Source: Podarcis bocagei
Lineage: Eukaryota
Strand: one strand, 5' to 3'
NCBI GenBank assembly: GCA_964188305.1
Contig: OZ076888.1
Length of the DNA stretch: 64,000 bases
Each line of letters begins with the position of its first letter. The first letter of the stretch is position 1. Shown here piece after piece: positions 61,165 to 64,000 of this stretch. The position numbers and the translations under genes are program-made. Under the pieces are notes generated by a model. The model saw only the letters and a list, made by a program, of their open reading frames with translations. It did not search any database and was not told the origin of the DNA.

Positions 61165-63853
61165 CTACCAAGCTCGGATGCCCTGACTACAGGAAGGCCC
61201 CGCGGGACCCTGGTGCAGGGGCTGCGCGCCGCCCGCGAAGCCGCCCATGTTCATGTAGGGCCCCGCAGGCGGCGGCACCGACGGGCCCCCGCTGTTGGCC
61301 GCCGGGTAGCTGCAGCCGTAGCCGGCCCCGTAAGCAGCCGCGGGGGAACCGCCGTAGGCGTAGTTGGGGAAGCCATTATAAGGATAGGCGGCGGCGGCGT
61401 TGTAGGGCGCGCTGTAGGCCTGCGAGCCGCCCAGGCAGGGCTTGCCGTCCCTCACCAGCACGGGCACGGCCACCCTGCGCGGCGGAGGCGGAGGCTGCTG
61501 CGACGGCGGAGGCATCCCCGCCGTCGGGCCGCCCAGGTCCAGGGCCTTGTCCTGCCGCTGCCGCTTGCACTTGTAGCGTCGGTTCTGGAACCAGATCTTC
61601 ACCTGCGTGGACGTGAGCTTGAGGCTGCTGGCCAGCAACTCGCGCTCGGGGGCCGACAGGTAGCGCTGCTGCTGGAATCGCCGCTCCAGCTCGAAGACCT
61701 GCGCTTGCGAGAAGAGCACCCGAGGCTTCCTCCGGCCGCGCGCCTTGGGCCGCTCCGACGACTCCTCCGTGGGCTCCTTCCCTGCAGAAGACGGGGAACA
61801 ACAGAGAGAGATGCTCCAGTCAAGAACCGGGGAGCTGCGGGCTGCGCTCGCTCGCGATACAAGGGACCGGTGCAACACATTGACTCCCACACCCCCCCCT
61901 TATCACCTTGCAGCAACCTCTCATTTACGCATTTCTCAAGACAGATTAATACATTATTTAAAGGGAGAGGAGAGAACACGCTGCGCGGGCACCTGGAAGG
62001 GCCGACATCTGTTTTCGTTTTCTTTTTTAATGCACCGAATTCCAGGTCACAACATAATTCCGTCGGTGTCTTACAGGCCACTCCTAGGCAGGTTAACCCA
62101 GAAGTAAGTCAATGGGGCTTGCGCCCAGCCTTAAAGGGCATAAAGACACAGCTGCTGCAACAACAACCCCAAAACTATTCTTTCGCAAAATAAGCTTGCA
62201 GCAGAAAAGCGCGCCTGTAATTCTATAGGCGGAGCAAATTAGAAACACGGTTTGCAAAGTATTATTAATAGTAATAGTATTAATATTATTATATAGAAAG
62301 TTGAGTCTTCCGCAACGGAATATGGCCGCTGCTTCCCGGCCTTGCAAACGAAGGAGCCAGCGCCGCCTGGCATTCTGCAGGAGCTCAGCCAACTCGGGAA
62401 AAACTTGAGGGAGCGAAGTGTGTGTGTTTTCCCCCTGTGCCACCAGGACTGCTTACGGCAGCCGGAAGGAAGCAAGGACTTGGGAAATGGATTTATGCCC
62501 ATTTAGGAAGCAGACGGCAGTCTTTATGCCCCCCAAGATCCCGCAGTGCGAACACGATCTCCTTCCTTGCTGGGAGGGAGGGAGGCCAGGCCAGGCCAGG
62601 CCCGTTACTGACTTTGCTTGCCGCGCCTCGGACAAAACCTTGGCGCGAAGGACCCTCAACTAGATCCCCTCGCGCTTTGACCGCCCCTCGACCCACTCCG
62701 CTCCACCTCACCCCGGCTGCTTTCCTAGAGGGGGCTTGGAGCCAGCGGCACCATCATTCCACCAAGGCGGCTCTCCTTGCCGCCAGACCACCAAGGCTGC
62801 GAGGCTGGGCCTCAGAGCGGTTCCTTGCCTCTGTTTTAGGAGATGGATGGCTCGGCGTGGCCAAACGCGTCGTCCCCTTTCTGCCTAAGTCTCCAGCTGA
62901 ACCGAGCACGCTTACTCTCAAGTAAGGGGCACTGGGATGCACTCCGAGGCAAACTTCCATTGGGGAAGCGGGACTAACTGAGCTCTTACATCCGAGTCGA
63001 ACAGGGCTGCAGTGTGACCACCCAATCCGGTGCATTCTACCCAACGGCAAGTCCCGTTGTGTTCAGGGAGGCTTAGGCTCAGAGACGTGTAGAGCGGACA
63101 GCAGCCTAAGCACGGAAGTAAGTCCTTCAAAGTTCCAAGGGACTTAGCCTCTTATTCTCTGTGAGTTGGAGCCACAGATATTTTGCAGCGGAGGGAAGAG
63201 GCGTCCGCCTAAACGACTTGGGTTTGGAGGTGCCCAAGCAGTTCTGAGCAGCGCTGAACCGTTGCCGACGTGCTCCTAGAGACGCGGATGTCGCGTGTCC
63301 CACTTTCAGCATCTCATCTGGCTGGAGAAACGGTGGTTCCAAGCCACGCACGCGGAACCACGCTGCGATCCAGAAAGGGAAACTTTCGGAATTAGTTATC
63401 CTGGCAATGTGAAAGGTTGGGAATCGCTCCGCGTTCCGAGAGGGACTTGGGCGCCCGCCTGGCCCTACGATTCCCCAATAAAGCCTCCCTCTTGAGGTCC
63501 CGGTCCCGCTCTCGCTGGTACTCACCGGCTCCGGAATCCAGCGCCGGTTCTCCCTCTCCCGCCAGCGCCTTGGGCTCGCAGGTGCCCCGCAGCACCGCCT
63601 GCACGTAGCTCCCTGGAGAAAGCCCCCCATCCGCGGCGCTCTTCCCCGTCGCCGCCATGGAGCTGAGGAAGGGCAGCTTCTCGTCGTCTTCGTCGTCGTC
63701 CTCCCCGTCGGAGAAGCTGCGGCACCCCAGCAGGCAGGAGGCGGCGGCGACCGGGAAGGGCGACTCGAGGGAGCCCCCGAGACTCTGCTGCTCCAGTTTC
63801 AGAATATCCTTGACCGAGAAGGGGGTGGAGGTGGCGGGGCTGGGAAGCATCAT
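61165..63853 (-). CDS. NKX2-3: Homeobox protein NKX2-3, 2 exons, about 314 aa
   Basis: Exon 1 63526-63853 (TN domain [21 protein letters not shown]). Exon 2 61165-61781 (NK2 homeodomain [19 protein letters not shown]…[11 protein letters not shown] with Tyr54, NK2-[17 protein letters not shown], Tyr-rich region, terminal GIRAW). Located next to SLC25A28. Minus-strand AATAAA at 60608-60613. Confidence 0.95.
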
Positions 63854-64000
63854 TGGGAGGGGGGACGGGTGCGTGGGAAAGAGGGGAGCGAGCCGGCTTG
63901 GGTGCAGGAGCGCCGCGCCCTGCCAGCCAAGCCCGGCTAAGGGGCGTCCATGCGAAGGGAAGGCTGCCGCTCCGCCTTTGCAGTCGCAGCCTCTGCGCCG

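Larger units (their letters stand above)
58680..64000. other. Extended CpG-rich domain over NKX2-3 and its 3' flank
   Basis: Sustained high GC and CpG content, typical of developmental transcription-factor loci. Confidence 0.7.

Noticed and set aside
61213-62193. 326-aa ORF antisense to NKX2-3 exon 2, and other ORFs in 59600-63700
   Set aside because: Shadow ORFs from GC-rich coding and CpG-island sequence; low complexity and no recognisable family.

Overview
Eukaryotic vertebrate genomic DNA, almost certainly a squamate lizard: it carries two Sauria SINEs with (ACCTTT)n tails. The window is the compact ortholog of the human 10q24 block, read in reverse. Left to right: ABCC2/MRP2 (minus, exons 1-15, continues off the left edge), CUTC (minus), COX15 (plus), ATP6V0E2 (plus), ENTPD7 (minus), SLC25A28/mitoferrin-2 (plus) and NKX2-3 (minus). 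All exons were traced by hand through GT-AG junctions with consistent phases and no frameshifts. There are two head-to-head CpG-island promoters (CUTC/COX15 and ENTPD7/SLC25A28), many small transposons and one assembly gap. Most notable observations: (1) In the COX15 3' UTR, a Ty1/copia-type LTR with a half-tRNAi-Met primer site is fused to an inverted copy of its own U3 end, giving a MITE-like element with perfect 45-bp TIRs and a 5-bp TSD. (2) A Tc2-like MITE carries a 7x118-bp array of double hairpins, and a short relative without the array lies in the same window. (3) ATP6V0E2 sits in the NKX2-3 block, paralleling ATP6V0E1 near NKX2-5. (4) Six helically phased CCAAT boxes lie upstream of SLC25A28. 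(5) SLC25A28 intron 2 holds a candidate poison exon. No prokaryotic systems or CRISPR arrays are present. Comparisons with human and Drosophila sequences are from memory, not database searches.
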